A stretch of DNA of 64,000 bases from Octopus vulgaris (GCA_951406725.2 OX597827.1:51646001-51710000); one strand, 5' to 3'; shown: positions 13,637-26,379, numbered from the stretch's first letter. Program-made: numbers and translations. Notes: generated by a model from the sequence alone, not told the origin.

Positions 13637-14978
13637 TTAGAAATAGAAATACCGACACAGAAAAAATCGAAAAGTACTTAGTGAAACTGGTGATACAGGC
13701 TTACATATGACAATGGAGAGCGAACACTAACTAATTGAGAGATGGTGGATCTCACTCGGTACACAAATGATATCTCATGGCTTATGTTGGAGCGGAATCT
13801 TTGAGAAATGGGATTATACATAGGATTGTGAACCATTCTCTAACGGTTCAATAATCCAACCGATCCAGAAGTGAACATTCTTTTTCGGATTTCATACATA
13901 TACGCATGCACACCACACACACGCACGCATACGTGACAGTAGAGAACATGGTTTAGGTGGGGCTGGACGCAAAATTTTTCCCCACGAGAGTACCGGACCA
14001 CAGTTATGAACTCATTTGCATACAACCAATCAGAGCTCAACTATTAAACTAATTTATGAGCTCGTAACAAATGATGGGCGGTAAGATCAGATCACTTGGG
14101 TAAGGAATGACCATGCTCCTGTTCTCTTATAATAATGCTTCTTGTTGTTCAGGTTTCAACCATGGCTGCCTCTGCCTAGTTGTGCTATAATGGAATTGAA
14201 GGCTTGTGATACCTGTGGAGTATCTCCTTCTCTCATTATTATTATTTCTTTCGTCTTAAGGATCTGGAACACGAAGAAGTTTACAAGCTGAGTGCAATTC
14301 AATAGTCGTTTATTTTTAGTTCTCGTTCATGTGGCTTGCTCCCAGTGACCATCTTTAATGGTAGCGAGTGGTTCGTTATAGCTCCGTTCACGGGAGGTTC
14401 ATTACCTCTGGAGATAACAGGTGAAGTTAGAGCGGGCTAAGAATCCGCTGTGAGCTGCCAGATTCGCAGTGTTTCTCGGCGTAAGCGAGAAGGAAGAAAG
14501 AGATGATTTTTTATTACCCACCAGGGGACAATACAAACACATGTGGGGGACATATAAAAACGAAAAAATAAATATCTGGGATAATAAAGATTTGCTAACT
14601 TTCTTAAGACGTGAAGGATGACGAATAAAACAAGATGCTTTCATTCACAACGTTGCTATCAAACATGTGGCCGATCAAAATTAAGTTAAAAACAGGAAAA
14701 CACACACATACATACATGCGTACATTCATAAATGCATACAGACAGACAGGCAAGAAAAATTATGTACCACCATAGAAGTCAGCTGTCCTGTTGATGTGAA
14801 TGCTTCTTTGAAAACAAACAAACACACGCACAAAAAAGGGGAAAGAATAACTACGTACAACTGGTCCGAAACCTCCAGCTCATATATCTAGATAATAATT
14901 TCACGTTTATACCAACAATAATAGGCGTACTTGATTTTGTAAGTTAATGATTAAGTGACAATCTGGATAAGCCAGTTA

Positions 14979-15954
14979 GGATCTTTTCTTTTTGATGGAC
15001 GGAATTTTCTAGTTAACTTAAACAATTTGAAACTTCGTATACTGGTAGAATGTGTCAAAAGAAAACATTATCGAAAACAAAATTGTAATTTGTAAGTTTA
15101 ACGTAGTTTAATTCTTCGAATTTTAACCAATGAAATCCCAGCATTGAGCTCAATTCATTTGAAGCGTCTAAGTAAACAGCACACACACACACATGCACAC
15201 GTGGTAGTCATCCTTTGTCTTTGTCTTCTGCATGTGCTAGAAATAACAGCTATATCTCTTCAATCGATGAATTTCGTCGCCCAATAAAAATATTAACGAT
15301 ATTTTTTGAATATTTTCTTTATTTTTTTTTTACCGAAAAGGCTTCTCCCATGTTTATTTCAAAGTCATCCCTGACTTACGGAACGATTACCTGTGTGTGT
15401 GTGTGTGTTTTTGTTGTGAGTGTGTGTTTTTTGTTGTGTATGTGTGTGTTTGTTGTGTGTGTGTATTATTGTTGTGTATGTGTGTGTGTGTGTTTTTTTG
15501 TTGTGTATGTGTGTGTGTTTTTGTTGTGTATGTGTGCGTGTGTGTGTGTTTTTTGTTGTGTATGTGTGTGCGTGTTTTTGTTGTGTGTGTGTGTGTGTGT
15601 GTGTGTTGCGTATGTGTGTGCATGTGAAGTATGTAAGTGGTGCGTTAGGCATGACTTTATAGGAAATAACAAGACAATGCGTGGAAACCGCAAAAAAAAA
15701 TTGAAGTCCTGCGAAAGCGGAACGAATACGAACGTGTTTTAAAAGTCCAAAAAATATCGTTAATATTTTTATTGGGCGACGAAATTCATCGATTATTTCT
15801 AGCACATGGAGAAGACAGAAGACAAAGGACAAATTACAATTTTGTTTTCAATTTTGTTTACAATAATGTTTTCTTTTGACACATTCTACCAGTCTACGAA
15901 GTTTCAAATTTTTTAGTTAACTAGAAAATTCCGTCCATCAAAAGGAAAAGATCC
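14979..15954. mobile_element. Foldback/MITE with GGATCTTTTC termini and a (TG)-rich centre
   Basis: Left ggatcttttctttttgatggacggaattttctagttaac; right gttaactagaaaattccgtccatcaaaaggaaaagatcc; inner inverted repeat ~15215-15310 / 15745-15830; no TSD visible. Confidence 0.8.
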
Positions 15955-17236
15955 CCTTTTTTTTTAAATGAAATTTTCCACAGATAAACCATAACCTAAT
16001 GAAACAAAGTTGTAAAGATTTACAAATTTAGGCACCAAAAAGATTTAGAAAACGTGGAATTTCCACGTGTTCTACAAGTTACTAGTAATTTTAATTTGGT
16101 GAATGTGAGAGCCCCTCTGTAGTCGCTTGACATGCTAGAAATAGTCAGAAGCTTCTTCAAACAACACACTAACCGGGTTTAAAAGGAGACACTTTGGGTA
16201 ATACATTTCGAGGTAAACTGTGCGAGTTAAAAAGAAAAGAAGGAAGGGACGGACGGACGGAATGGTAAAGAATACGTACACCTGGTGTTTAGAATTAGGG
16301 GTTAGGAGTTAGCGTTTTTGTTACGCCGAAAACGGGTGGTGTGCGTATTCTTTACCTCCGCCGTTTGGCTCATGATCGTTAATCCGTGGGTTCGATTCTC
16401 GTACTCAGCTGAAAATGAGTACCAAAACACAGCTGGGGAGGAGTGGCCCAAGGTGCCACAACTTGGGACTGAACCTGGAATCATGTGGTTGGGAGGGAAA
16501 CTTCTTATCTACAAAGCTTATATATATATCACCCTCTTGAATTCTCACAAAACGCACCCATCAAATCTAGGTACTACCTTTTTGTCATAGCTAGATTCTC
16601 TTTCCACAGAAAACATTAAATAAACAAAATAAAATGGCTCGAAGTTGTATGTAATACGTTTGTATTATATTCTAATAATCGAGAGTAAAGTTACATATTG
16701 AATATTTTATACAGAAACGACTCCGCGCACGTGCGTGTGTGTGTGTGTGTGTGTGTGTGCATGTGCGCGTTATTCATTCATTTCGTAACTGAGCATGAGA
16801 AAAATAAAGAAAAGTTGCTCGAAATGACAATCGAAATAAGGTTGCAGAATTCGGTTCGCTAAAATATATATTTAAAGGCAGGAGAGATGGATGAATGTAG
16901 CAGTAAAAAGTATGAAATTTAAGCTGTGAGGAAAATTAAGAATAAAAACATCGAAAAAGATTGCTCAATTACCTCCCTTGAATAATGACGTCTTATTGAA
17001 GAAATCACTTATGAAAGAATGTTTAATTAATAGATTTGTAAAATTTAGACAAGAAAAGCAAATTATATAAAAGTACTTTTATCAAACAATTATAAATGAT
17101 GAAGTAAATAAAATACTTAAAAAATTATTATATTTCTCTTTAGTCTAAATAATAAAATGGAATATATATTTTATATGAAATCAGTCGATGATGTTGCCAG
17201 TAAATGAATATATTTCAAATCTTAAGGCGAATAAGC

Positions 17237-17400
17237 ATACTTACCTGGCACAGGGGTAAACCATGATCATCAAGGTGGTTCTCCCAGAGTGAGGCCCTTC
17301 CATTGCACTCCGGTTGGGTTGACCTTTGCGATCGCCCCAAATGTGGGCGACTCGGGTGCGCTATTTCTAAGTGTGGGGTCTGCGTTCGCGCTCACCCCGT
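17237..17400 (+). ncRNA. U1: U1 spliceosomal snRNA (164 nt)
   Basis: 5' ATACTTACCTGG; SL1 loop GATCATCAAG; SL2 loop ATTGCACTCC; SL3 tcgccc/gggcga; SL4 ggggtctgcg-TTCG-cgctcacccc; canonical length. Confidence 0.97.
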
Positions 17401-17420
17401 AAATCAAACAAAGAACAGAC
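17401..17420 (+). promoter_or_regulatory. Possible snRNA 3' box
   Basis: aaatcaaacaaagaacagac just downstream of U1 resembles the AAARNYAGA half of the metazoan 3' box. Confidence 0.35.
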
Positions 17421-17520
17421 TAAACAATCCCTCTCCCTATCAACCTAATAGTGATTTTCTTAGCAGAGATGTGATAGAATGGCGTAATGTGTTAATCCGT
17501 GGGTTCGATTCTCGTACTCA

Positions 17521-20500
17521 GTCATTGGAGTGTGCCCCAGCTGGAGCCGTGAAGGGTTAAATGTCAATCCCATTTCATTTACTGTATCAGATTAATGGAG
17601 TGTGCCCAAGCTGGAGCCGTGAAGGGTTAAATGTCAATCCCATTTCATTTACTGTATCAGATTAATGGAGTGTGCCCCAGCTGGAGCCGTGAAGGGTTAA
17701 ATGTCAATCCCATTTCATTTACTGTATCAGATTAATGGAGTGTGCCCAAGCTGGAGCCGTGAAGGGTTAAATGTCAATCCCATTTCATTTACTGTATCAG
17801 ATTAATGGAGTGTGCCCAAGCTGGAGCCGTGAAGAGTTAAATGTCAATCCCATTTCATTTACTGTATCAGATTAATGGAGTGTGCCCCAGCTGGAGCCGT
17901 GAAGGGTTAAATGTCAATCCCATTTCATTTACTGTATCAGATTAATGGAGTGTGCCCCAGCTGGAGCCGTGAAGGGTTAAATGTCAATCCCATTTCATTT
18001 ACTGTATCAGATTAATGGAGTGTGCCCAAGCTGGAGCCGTGAAGGGTTAAATGTCAATCCCATTTCATTTACCGTATCAGATTAATGGAGTGTGCCCCAG
18101 CTGGAGCCGTGAAGGGTTAAATGTCAATCCCATTTCATTTACTGTATCAGATTAATGGAGTGTGCCCCAGGGGGAGCCGTGAAGGGTTAAATGTCAATCC
18201 CATTTCATTTACTGTATCAGATTAATGGAGTGTGCCCAAGCTGGAGCCGTGAAGGGTTAAATGTCAATCCCATTTCATTTACTATATCAGATTAATGGAG
18301 TGTGCACCAGCTGGAGCCGTGAAGGGTTAAATGTCAATCCCATTTCATTTACTGTATCAGATTAATGGAGTGTGCCCAAGCTGGAGCCGTGAAGGGTTAA
18401 ATGTCAATCCCATTTCATTTACTGTATCAGATTAATGGAGTGTGCACCAGCTGGAGCCGTGAAGGGTTAAATGTCAATCCCATTTCATTTACTGTATCAG
18501 ATTAATGGAGTGTGCCCAAGCTGGAGCCGTGAAGGGTTAAATGTCAATACCATTTCATTTACTGTATCAGATTAATGGAGTGTGCCCAAGCTGGAGCCGT
18601 GAAGGGTTAAATGTCAATCCCATTTCATTTACTGTATCAGATTAATGGAGTGTGCCCAAGCTGGAGCCGTGAAGGGTTAAATGTCAATCCCATTTCATTT
18701 ACTGTATCAGATTAATGGAGTGTGCCCAAGCTGGAGCCGTGAAGGGTTAAATGTCAATCCCATTTCATTTACTGTATCAGATTAATGGAGTGTGCCCAAG
18801 CTGGAGCCGTGAAGAGTTAAATGTCAATCCCATTTCATTTACTGTATCAGATTAATGGAGTGTGCCCCAGCTGGAGCCGTGAAGGGTTAAATGTCAATCC
18901 CATTTCATTTACTGTATCAGATTAATGGAGTGTGCCCCAGGGGGAGCCGTGAAGGGTTAAATGTCAATCCCATTTCATTTACTGTATCAGATTAATGGAG
19001 TGTGCCCAAGCTGGAGCCGTGAAGGGTTAAATGTCAATCCCATTTCATTTACTATATCAGATTAATGGAGTGTGCCCCAGGGGGAGCCGTGAAGGGTTAA
19101 ATGTCAATCCCATTTCATTTACTGTATCAGATTAATGGAGTGTGCCCAAGCTGGAGCCGTGAAGGGTTAAATGTCAATCCCATTTCATTTACTGTATCAG
19201 ATTAATGGAGTGTGCCCAAGCTGGAGCCGTGAAGAGTTAAATGTCAATCCCATTTCATTTACTGTATCAGATTAATGGAGTGTGCCCCAGCTGGAGCCGT
19301 GAAGGGTTAAATGTCAATCCCATTTCATTTACTGTATCAGATTAATGGAGTGTGCCCAAGCTGGAGCCGTGAAGGGTTAAATGTCAATCCCATTTCATTT
19401 ACTGTATCAGATTAATGGAGTGTGCGCAAGCTGGAGCCGTGAAGGGTTAAATGTCAATCCCATTTCATTTACCGTATCAGATTAATGGAGTGTGCCCCAG
19501 CTGGAGCCGTGAAGGGTTAAATGTCAATCCCATTTCATTTACTGTATCAGATTAATGGAGTGTGCCCCAGGGGGAGCCGTGAAGGGTTAAATGTCAATCC
19601 CATTTCATTTACTGTATCAGATTAATGGAGTGTGCCCAAGCTGGAGCCGTGAAGGGTTAAATGTCAATCCCATTTCATTTACTATATCAGATTAATGGAG
19701 TGTGCACCAGCTGGAGCCGTGAAGGGTTAAATGTCAATCCCATTTCATTTACTGTATCAGATTAATGGAGTGTGCCCAAGCTGGAGCCGTGAAGGGTTAA
19801 ATGTCAATCCCATTTCATTTACTGTATCAGATTAATGGAGTGTGCACCAGCTGGAGCCGTGAAGGGTTAAATGTCAATCCCATTTCATTTACTGTATCAG
19901 ATTAATGGAGTGTGCCCAAGCTGGAGCCGTGAAGGGTTAAATGTCAATACCATTTCATTTACTGTATCAGATTAATGGAGTGTGCCCAAGCTGGAGCCGT
20001 GAAGAGTTAAATGTTAATCCCATTTCATTTACTGTATCAGATTAATGGAGTGTGCCCCAGCTGGAGCCGTGAAGGGTTAAATGTCAATCCCATTTCAATT
20101 ACTGTATCAGATTAATGGAGTGTGCCCCAGCTGGAACCGTGAAGGGTTAAATGTCAATCCCATTTCATTTACTGTATCAGATTAATGGAGTGTGCCCAAG
20201 CTGGAGCCGTGAAGGGTTAAATGTCAATCCCATTTCATTTACTGTATCAGATTAATGGAGTGTGCACCAGCTGGAGCCGTGAAGGGTTAAATGTCAATCC
20301 CATTTCATTTACTGTATCAGATTAATGGAGTGTGCCCAAGCTGGAGCCGTGAAGGGTTAAATGTCAATCCCATTTCATTTACTGTATCAGATTAATGGAG
20401 TGTGCACCAGCTGGAGCCGTGAAGGGTTAAATGTCAATCCCATTTCATTTACTGTATCAGATTAATGGAGTGTGCCCAAGCTGGAGCCGTGAAGGGTTAA

Positions 20501-20955
20501 ATGTCAATACCATTTCATTTACTGTATCAGATTAATGGAGTGTGCCCAAGCTGGAGCCGTGAAGGGTTAAATGTTAATCCCATTTCATTTACTGTATCAG
20601 ATTAATGGAGTGTGCCCCAGCTGGAGCCGTGAAGGGTTAAATGTCAATCCCATTTCAATTACTGTATCAGATTAATGGAGTGTGCCCAAGCTGGAACCGT
20701 GAAGGGTTAAATGTCAATCCCATTTCATTTACTGTATCAGATTAATGGAGTGTGCCCAAGCTGGAGCCGTGAAGGGTTAAATGTCAATCCCATTTCATTT
20801 ACTGTATCAGATTAATGGAGTGTGCCCCAGCTGGAGCCGTGAAGGGTTAAATGTCAATCCCATTTCATTTACTGTATCAGATTAATGGAGTGTGCCCAAG
20901 CTGGAGCCGTGAAGGGTTAAATGTCAATCCCATTTCATTTACTGTATCAGATTAA
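17521..20955. repeat. Tandem array of 49 x 70-bp units
   Basis: Unit attaatggagtgtgcc(c/a)agctggagccgtgaagggttaaatgtcaatcccatttcatttactgtatcag; exact 70-bp period with no indels and only a few substitutions per unit. Confidence 0.98.
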
Positions 20956-21261
20956 AGTTGATTCACGGAGCTGATATAGACTTCCAATTCATAATGTTCG
21001 ATAAAGGGATCAGTTTTCATTATAACAATTTTATTAATAAGAAAAAAAGGATCTTTTCGGTTTGAACGGCAGTTTTTAACATAATTTCTAGGTAACTAAA
21101 AAGTTTTAAACTTCGTATACTGGTAGAATGTGTTTATAAAACATCTTGGATCTTTTTCTCTTGGCTTTATTGAGAAAATTCTATAGTTTGTAAGATAATT
21201 GTTGGGTTTTTTTTCTGCAATTTCAACCAATTAATTACGTCCATTGACGTAAAAAAAAAAC

Positions 21262-22784
21262 GGTTAATATAAAGCGTTACGCATATCAGAAAATCAAAAA
21301 AAAAATGTGTGTAATAGGTGTAAAACAACTTCCTATGAACGAATATGAAAAAAACAATTCGCGCACGAGAAAGGGGGGTGGGGGAGAGGCCTCGGAAAAT
21401 TCACATCGGGAAGTTCCGAAAGCGTCTGAGGGGCTTACCCGGGTACCAAAACAAAAAAAAAAATAGTGTAATATGTGTAAAACAACTTGCTGTAAACGAA
21501 TATGACAAAAAAAATGCGCTCTCGCGAAAGAGGGGTGGGGGAGAGGCCTCGGAAAATTTATATCGGGAATTTCCGAAAGCGTCTGAACCGGGCACAAAAA
21601 CAAAAACAAAAACAGCGTAATAGGTGTAAAACAACTTGCTCTAAACGACTATCATGAAAAAAATGCGCGCTCGCGAAAGAAGGGTGGGGGAGAGGCTTCG
21701 GAAATTTCACATCTTCAGTCCACGGCCTTTACACTAAGAAAAAATAGTGTAATTGGTGTAAAACTACTTGTTCTAAACGAGTATCAAGAACACACACTCA
21801 CACATGAATCATAAACTCCGTATTTTTGTACATATTTCGCAAAAAAAAAAAATAATAATAAAGAGAAGAAATTCTGGAAAAAGTGCGTAACTGGTACGGA
21901 ATTTATCGACCCCGAAAGGATGAAAGGCAAAGTCGACCTCGGCGGAATTTGAACTCAGAACGTAAAGACAGACGAAATACTAATTAATAAAGGATAATTA
22001 GGGAAGGATTGACACAAAATAATTATTTTTTCTGTCTCTTTTTTTCTGATAAATGCATCTTAATAAGTGAGAAGAATTGCATATATCTGAACTATTTCAA
22101 AGAAAAGCATAAATTTAATGTTTAAAATAGCTTTAACCAAGGAATGAGATCCAACATTTCTTCACTTTTTCCAGAATTTCTTCTCTTTATTATTATTTTT
22201 TTTTTGCGAAATATGTACAAAAATACGGAGTTTATGATTCATGTGTGAGTGTGTGTTCTTGATACTCGTTTAGAACAAGTAGTTTTACACCAATTACACT
22301 ATTTTTTCTTAGTGTAAAGGCCGTGGACTGAAGATGTGAAATTTCCGAAGCCTCTCCCCCACCCTTCTTTCGCGAGCGCGCATTTTTTTCATGATAGTCG
22401 TTTAGAGCAAGTTGTTTTACACCTATTACGCTGTTTTTGTTTTTGTTTTTGTGCCCGGTTCAGACGCTTTCGGAAATTCCCGATATAAATTTTCCGAGGC
22501 CTCTCCCCACCCCTCTTTCGCGAGAGCGCATTTTTTTTGTCATATTCGTTTACAGCAAGTTGTTTTACACATATTACACTATTTTTTTGTTTTGTTTTGG
22601 TGCCCGGGTCAGCCCCTCAGACGCTTTCGGAACTTCCCGATGTGAATTTTCCGAGGCCTCTCCCCCACCCCCCTTTCGCATGCGCGAATTTTTTTTTCAC
22701 ATTCGTTCATAGGAAGTTGTTTTACACCTATTACACACATTTTTTTTTTTGATTTTCTGATATGCGTAACGCTTTATATTAACC
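21262..22784. mobile_element. Second foldback family: ~625-bp inverted arms, GG...CC termini, 8-bp TSD
   Basis: Arms 21262-21885 and 22163-22784 are near-perfect reverse complements, each with three subrepeats; aaaaaaac on both flanks; the spacer holds a SINE fragment. Confidence 0.85.
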
Positions 22785-22905
22785 AAAAAAACAACATTCT
22801 GTGCCGTATCAATATGTCCCTCGTTTAAGAAACAGATTGGGTTTATTTTTATTTGTAAAGAAAAAAGATACCCCTAACCCTGAAAGAGATTGAAATGCAA
22901 TAGAT

Positions 22906-23284
22906 AGGCGCAGGAGTAGCCGTATGGTAAGTAGCTTGCTAACCAACCACATGGTTCCGGGTTCAGTCCCACTGCGTGACATCTTGGGTAAGTGTCTTCT
23001 GCTATAGCCCCGGGCCGACCAATGCCTTGTGAGTTGATTTGGTAGACGGAAACTGAAAGAAGCCTGTCGTATATATGTATGTGTGTGCATGTGTTTCTCC
23101 CCCTAGCGGTGCTTGACAACCGATGCTGGTGTGTTTACGTCCCCGTCACTTAGCGGTTCGCCAAAAAGAAACCGATAGAATAAGTACTGGGCTTACAAAG
23201 AATAAGTCCCGGGGTCGATTTGCTCGACTAAAGGCAATGCTCCAGCATGGCCGCAGTCAAATGACTGAAACAAGTGAAAGAGAT
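22906..23284 (+). mobile_element. Full-length SINE family B inserted in a foldback arm
   Basis: Head aggcgcaggagtagccgtatggtaag, B-box ggttcagtccc; agat duplicated at both ends; empty site atagat|cgatac is preserved in the mirror arm. Confidence 0.9.
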
Positions 23285-23965
23285 CGATACTAGGGTCATA
23301 ATTATGGGTGACAATTTCATATGACACCGCTAGAAAAAACTAGCATTTTCTCTAGCGGTGTCATATGAAATTGTCACCCCTAATTATAACGCTAGTATCG
23401 ATCTATTGCATTTCAATCTGTTTTTGGGTTAGGGTATCTTTTTTCTTCACAAATGTAAATAAACCCAATCTGTTTCTTAAAAGGTATCACTAATTTACAT
23501 CCACACTACAAGGGAGGCAACTGTGTTATACATAACTGACCACACCAATAAAACACATTTCTGAATATTTATAAAAATAATGCGATAATTATGATATAAA
23601 ATTAATTAATTATTGTTATTGGTCCCGCAAAGAAAATAACATCATGTTTATTTTAAAATAAAGATTTATAAACTTTTTTCATTTTCCGATTAGTTTTACA
23701 ATCTGTTGTATGAAAAAGTTTTTAAGAAAGTATATAGGACGGTCTTAATGATAAATAATTATTTCTACTCTAGGCGTATGGCTCAGGCGAAATTTTTGGG
23801 GAAGAGGACTAGTCGATTATATCGACCCCAGTATGTAAGTGGTACTTATTTAATCGATCCTGAGAAGATGAAAGCCAAAGTCGACCTCGGCGGAATTTGA
23901 ACTCAGAACGAAATACTGCTAAGCATTCCCCCCCACGCCGGTGTGGGGGGAATTCGAGAAAAAAA

Positions 23966-24220
23966 GGATCTTTTCTTTTTGATCAATATTTTTTAGATTC
24001 ATTTTATTTTCCCTTTTAGTAATAGAATTTTTTTTTTATAAGATCCCATGTATTATGCTGAGATAAATAAATTCCTAAAGACGGTGTTGAATATGGCTTC
24101 ACTATGAAAAAAAAGTTACGGGTGATTTAGCTGTTGTTTTCACCACATCCCCACCGTTGGGATCATTAAAAAAACCTTTTTTCTATTATTCAAACGAAAA
24201 ATAAATGAATCTAAAAATTT
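23966..24220. mobile_element. Short GGATCTTTTC-related inverted-repeat element
   Basis: ggatcttttctttttga start; tttttagattcattttattttc...aatagaa mirrored at 24181-24217. Confidence 0.5.
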
Positions 24221-24225
24221 TTTCT

Positions 24226-24930
24226 GGATCTTTTCGTTTTGATGGACGGAATTTTCTAGTTAACTAAACAATTTGAAACTTCGTATACTGGTAGAATGTG
24301 TCAAAAGAAAACATTATTGTTAACAAAATTGAAAACAAAATTGTAATTTGTAAGTTTAACGTAGTTTAATTCTTCGAATTTTAACCAATGAAATCCCAGC
24401 ATTTGAGCGCAATTCATATTCTGCGTCTAAGTAAACAGCACACACACACACGCACATGTACGTTTAAGAAACAGATTGGGTTTATTTACATTTGTGATGA
24501 AAAAAGATACCCCTAACCCTAAAAGAGATTGAAATGCAATAGATAGGCGCAGGAGTGGCTGTGTGGTAAGTAGCTTGCTAACCAACCACATGGTTCCGGG
24601 TTCAGTCCCACTGCGTGGCATCTTGGGCAAGTATCTTCTGCTATAGCCTCGGGCCGACCAAAGCCTTGTGAGTGGATTTGGTAGACGGAAACTGAAAAGA
24701 AGCCTGTCGTATATATGTATATATATATATGTATGTGTGTGTATATGTTTATGTGTCTGTGTTTGTCCATCTAGCATTGCTTGACAACCGATGCTGGTGT
24801 GTTTATGTCCCCGTTACTTAGCGGTTTGGCAAAGGGACCGATAGAATAAGTACTGGGCTTACAAAGAATAAGTCCCGGGGTCGATTTGCTCGACTAAAAG
24901 GCGGTGCTCCAGCATGGCCGCAGTCAAATA
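24226..24930 (+). mobile_element. Foldback left arm joined to SINE B (same junction as 22822-23260)
   Basis: ggatcttttcgttttgatggacgg arm, then ...gaaatgcaatagat|aggcgcaggag SINE. Confidence 0.8.
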
Positions 24931-26379
24931 TACCAATAATTCTATTTACAAACAATGAATCTTGTAATATTTCGTAGATGATACTTGTTTCATTTTCTAA
25001 TCGTTTGTTTTATTTATCTCTCATTACCTTTCCCTGGTTATTTTAATTACGCCTCATAACCTCATAACCTGGTTTGGGGTATGGAACCACAATATTACGA
25101 CTGTAACCTTTGACAGAAGATGAATAGATTGATTAAAATACATTTAATGTTGAGAAAAGGCGAGTAGAAAGCACGAAGTAGTGTAAGCTATTTCTCGTGA
25201 AACTTCAACTAGGATTGGAATCTAGAATTTTTTTTCTTTACTTTTATATCAGAGCTGATGAGGTTTAGGAGAATTTTGGCAGCTTTCTGATTTTTATCTA
25301 ATGTACTTGCCAATATAACAATTATGTAACATATACACATGAACATATTATTCTTTAAAAGAATAATATTGACAATGACTTCAAAGTGTTGATGTTTCTC
25401 CATGTTGTTGCTGGTGTAGTCTGTCGTTGGAACTGGCTGTGTGCTCTGTGGTCAGTGATTAGACCTTAGATGGTCTAGGATCAAAGACGAAATACGGTTT
25501 GTTGTGACTAGCTTTTATAGGGACTAGGCGGCTCCAACAGAGAATTTAGAAGACTATTTTATAACACATTTTCCCTTAACCCTTTAAATCCGAACCTGAC
25601 TTTGTCTGGTACCCTATAAACATTAATTAGTATTCATAATGATGGGAGTGAATAAACAGATTTGATCTTTAATGCCAAAAAAAAAAAAGAACCCAAACAA
25701 TAACTAAAAAAGGAAAAAAATACAGACAAATGCCATTTCAAATAAAATACTGATTTGCAAAATAAAAATGGAATAGCCTTGAAACGAATCGAGAGCTTTA
25801 AATATTTAGGAACTATCATTACATCAGACGAGCAAAACGTCATGGAAATTAAACCATGAAGAGGAAAGGCCAAGGTTGTTTTCGTTGGGATCAGTATTGT
25901 CAAATAAAAGTAAAAAAATACCTCTAAGGACATATAGAACCCATCCTTATATATCGCTATGAGACCGGAAACGTAACAAGCAAAAGCTAATTAATTGAAG
26001 GGAGCCTATTTAGATAGCGTGACAAATGTTGAAATCTTTATACGAACAGAAACCACATGAAAAATTCTTGTCAACATAAGAAGGAAGGTATAGGTTAAGT
26101 TCATGTACATCAAATGAAAAGCCAAGGGGTTAAACACATAGTGACAAGTGAAAAATTAAAAAGAAGCTGTGGATGACAGAAATATTGTAGAAGATACTTG
26201 ATAACTTTATTACTTAACACCAGAAAGACTGAACCAGTAACTTACTAAGTAGTATGTGGAACAGAAGGGATAAAGATCTATGATCACCGATGCTTGTAGA
26301 CATAGCACATTAGGAAAAACGTTTTCAATGCTTTTTAATGTAATGGGAGTATCATATAACATGCAACACAGAATTAACA

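Larger units (their letters stand above)
21049..23481. mobile_element. GGATCTTTTC-family foldback element interrupted by two insertions, right arm truncated
   Basis: Left terminus ggatcttttcggtttgaacggc at 21049; palindromic centre at ~23342 (atatgacaccgctag...ctagcggtgtcatat); right arm mirrors 22824-22905. Confidence 0.75.

Noticed and set aside
15215-15832. Cys/Val-rich and His/Thr-rich ORFs
   Set aside because: (TG)n-derived centre of a foldback element
17478-17521. tRNA gene
   Set aside because: Only A/B-box-like pieces; no cloverleaf can be formed
17303-17560. 85-aa ORF over U1
   Set aside because: Chance frame across the snRNA gene
17521-20955. CRISPR-like array
   Set aside because: Units are contiguous with no unique spacers, there are no cas genes, and the context is eukaryotic
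17521-20955. Repeat-protein coding array
   Set aside because: 70 is not a multiple of 3, stops recur, and no ORF spans the array
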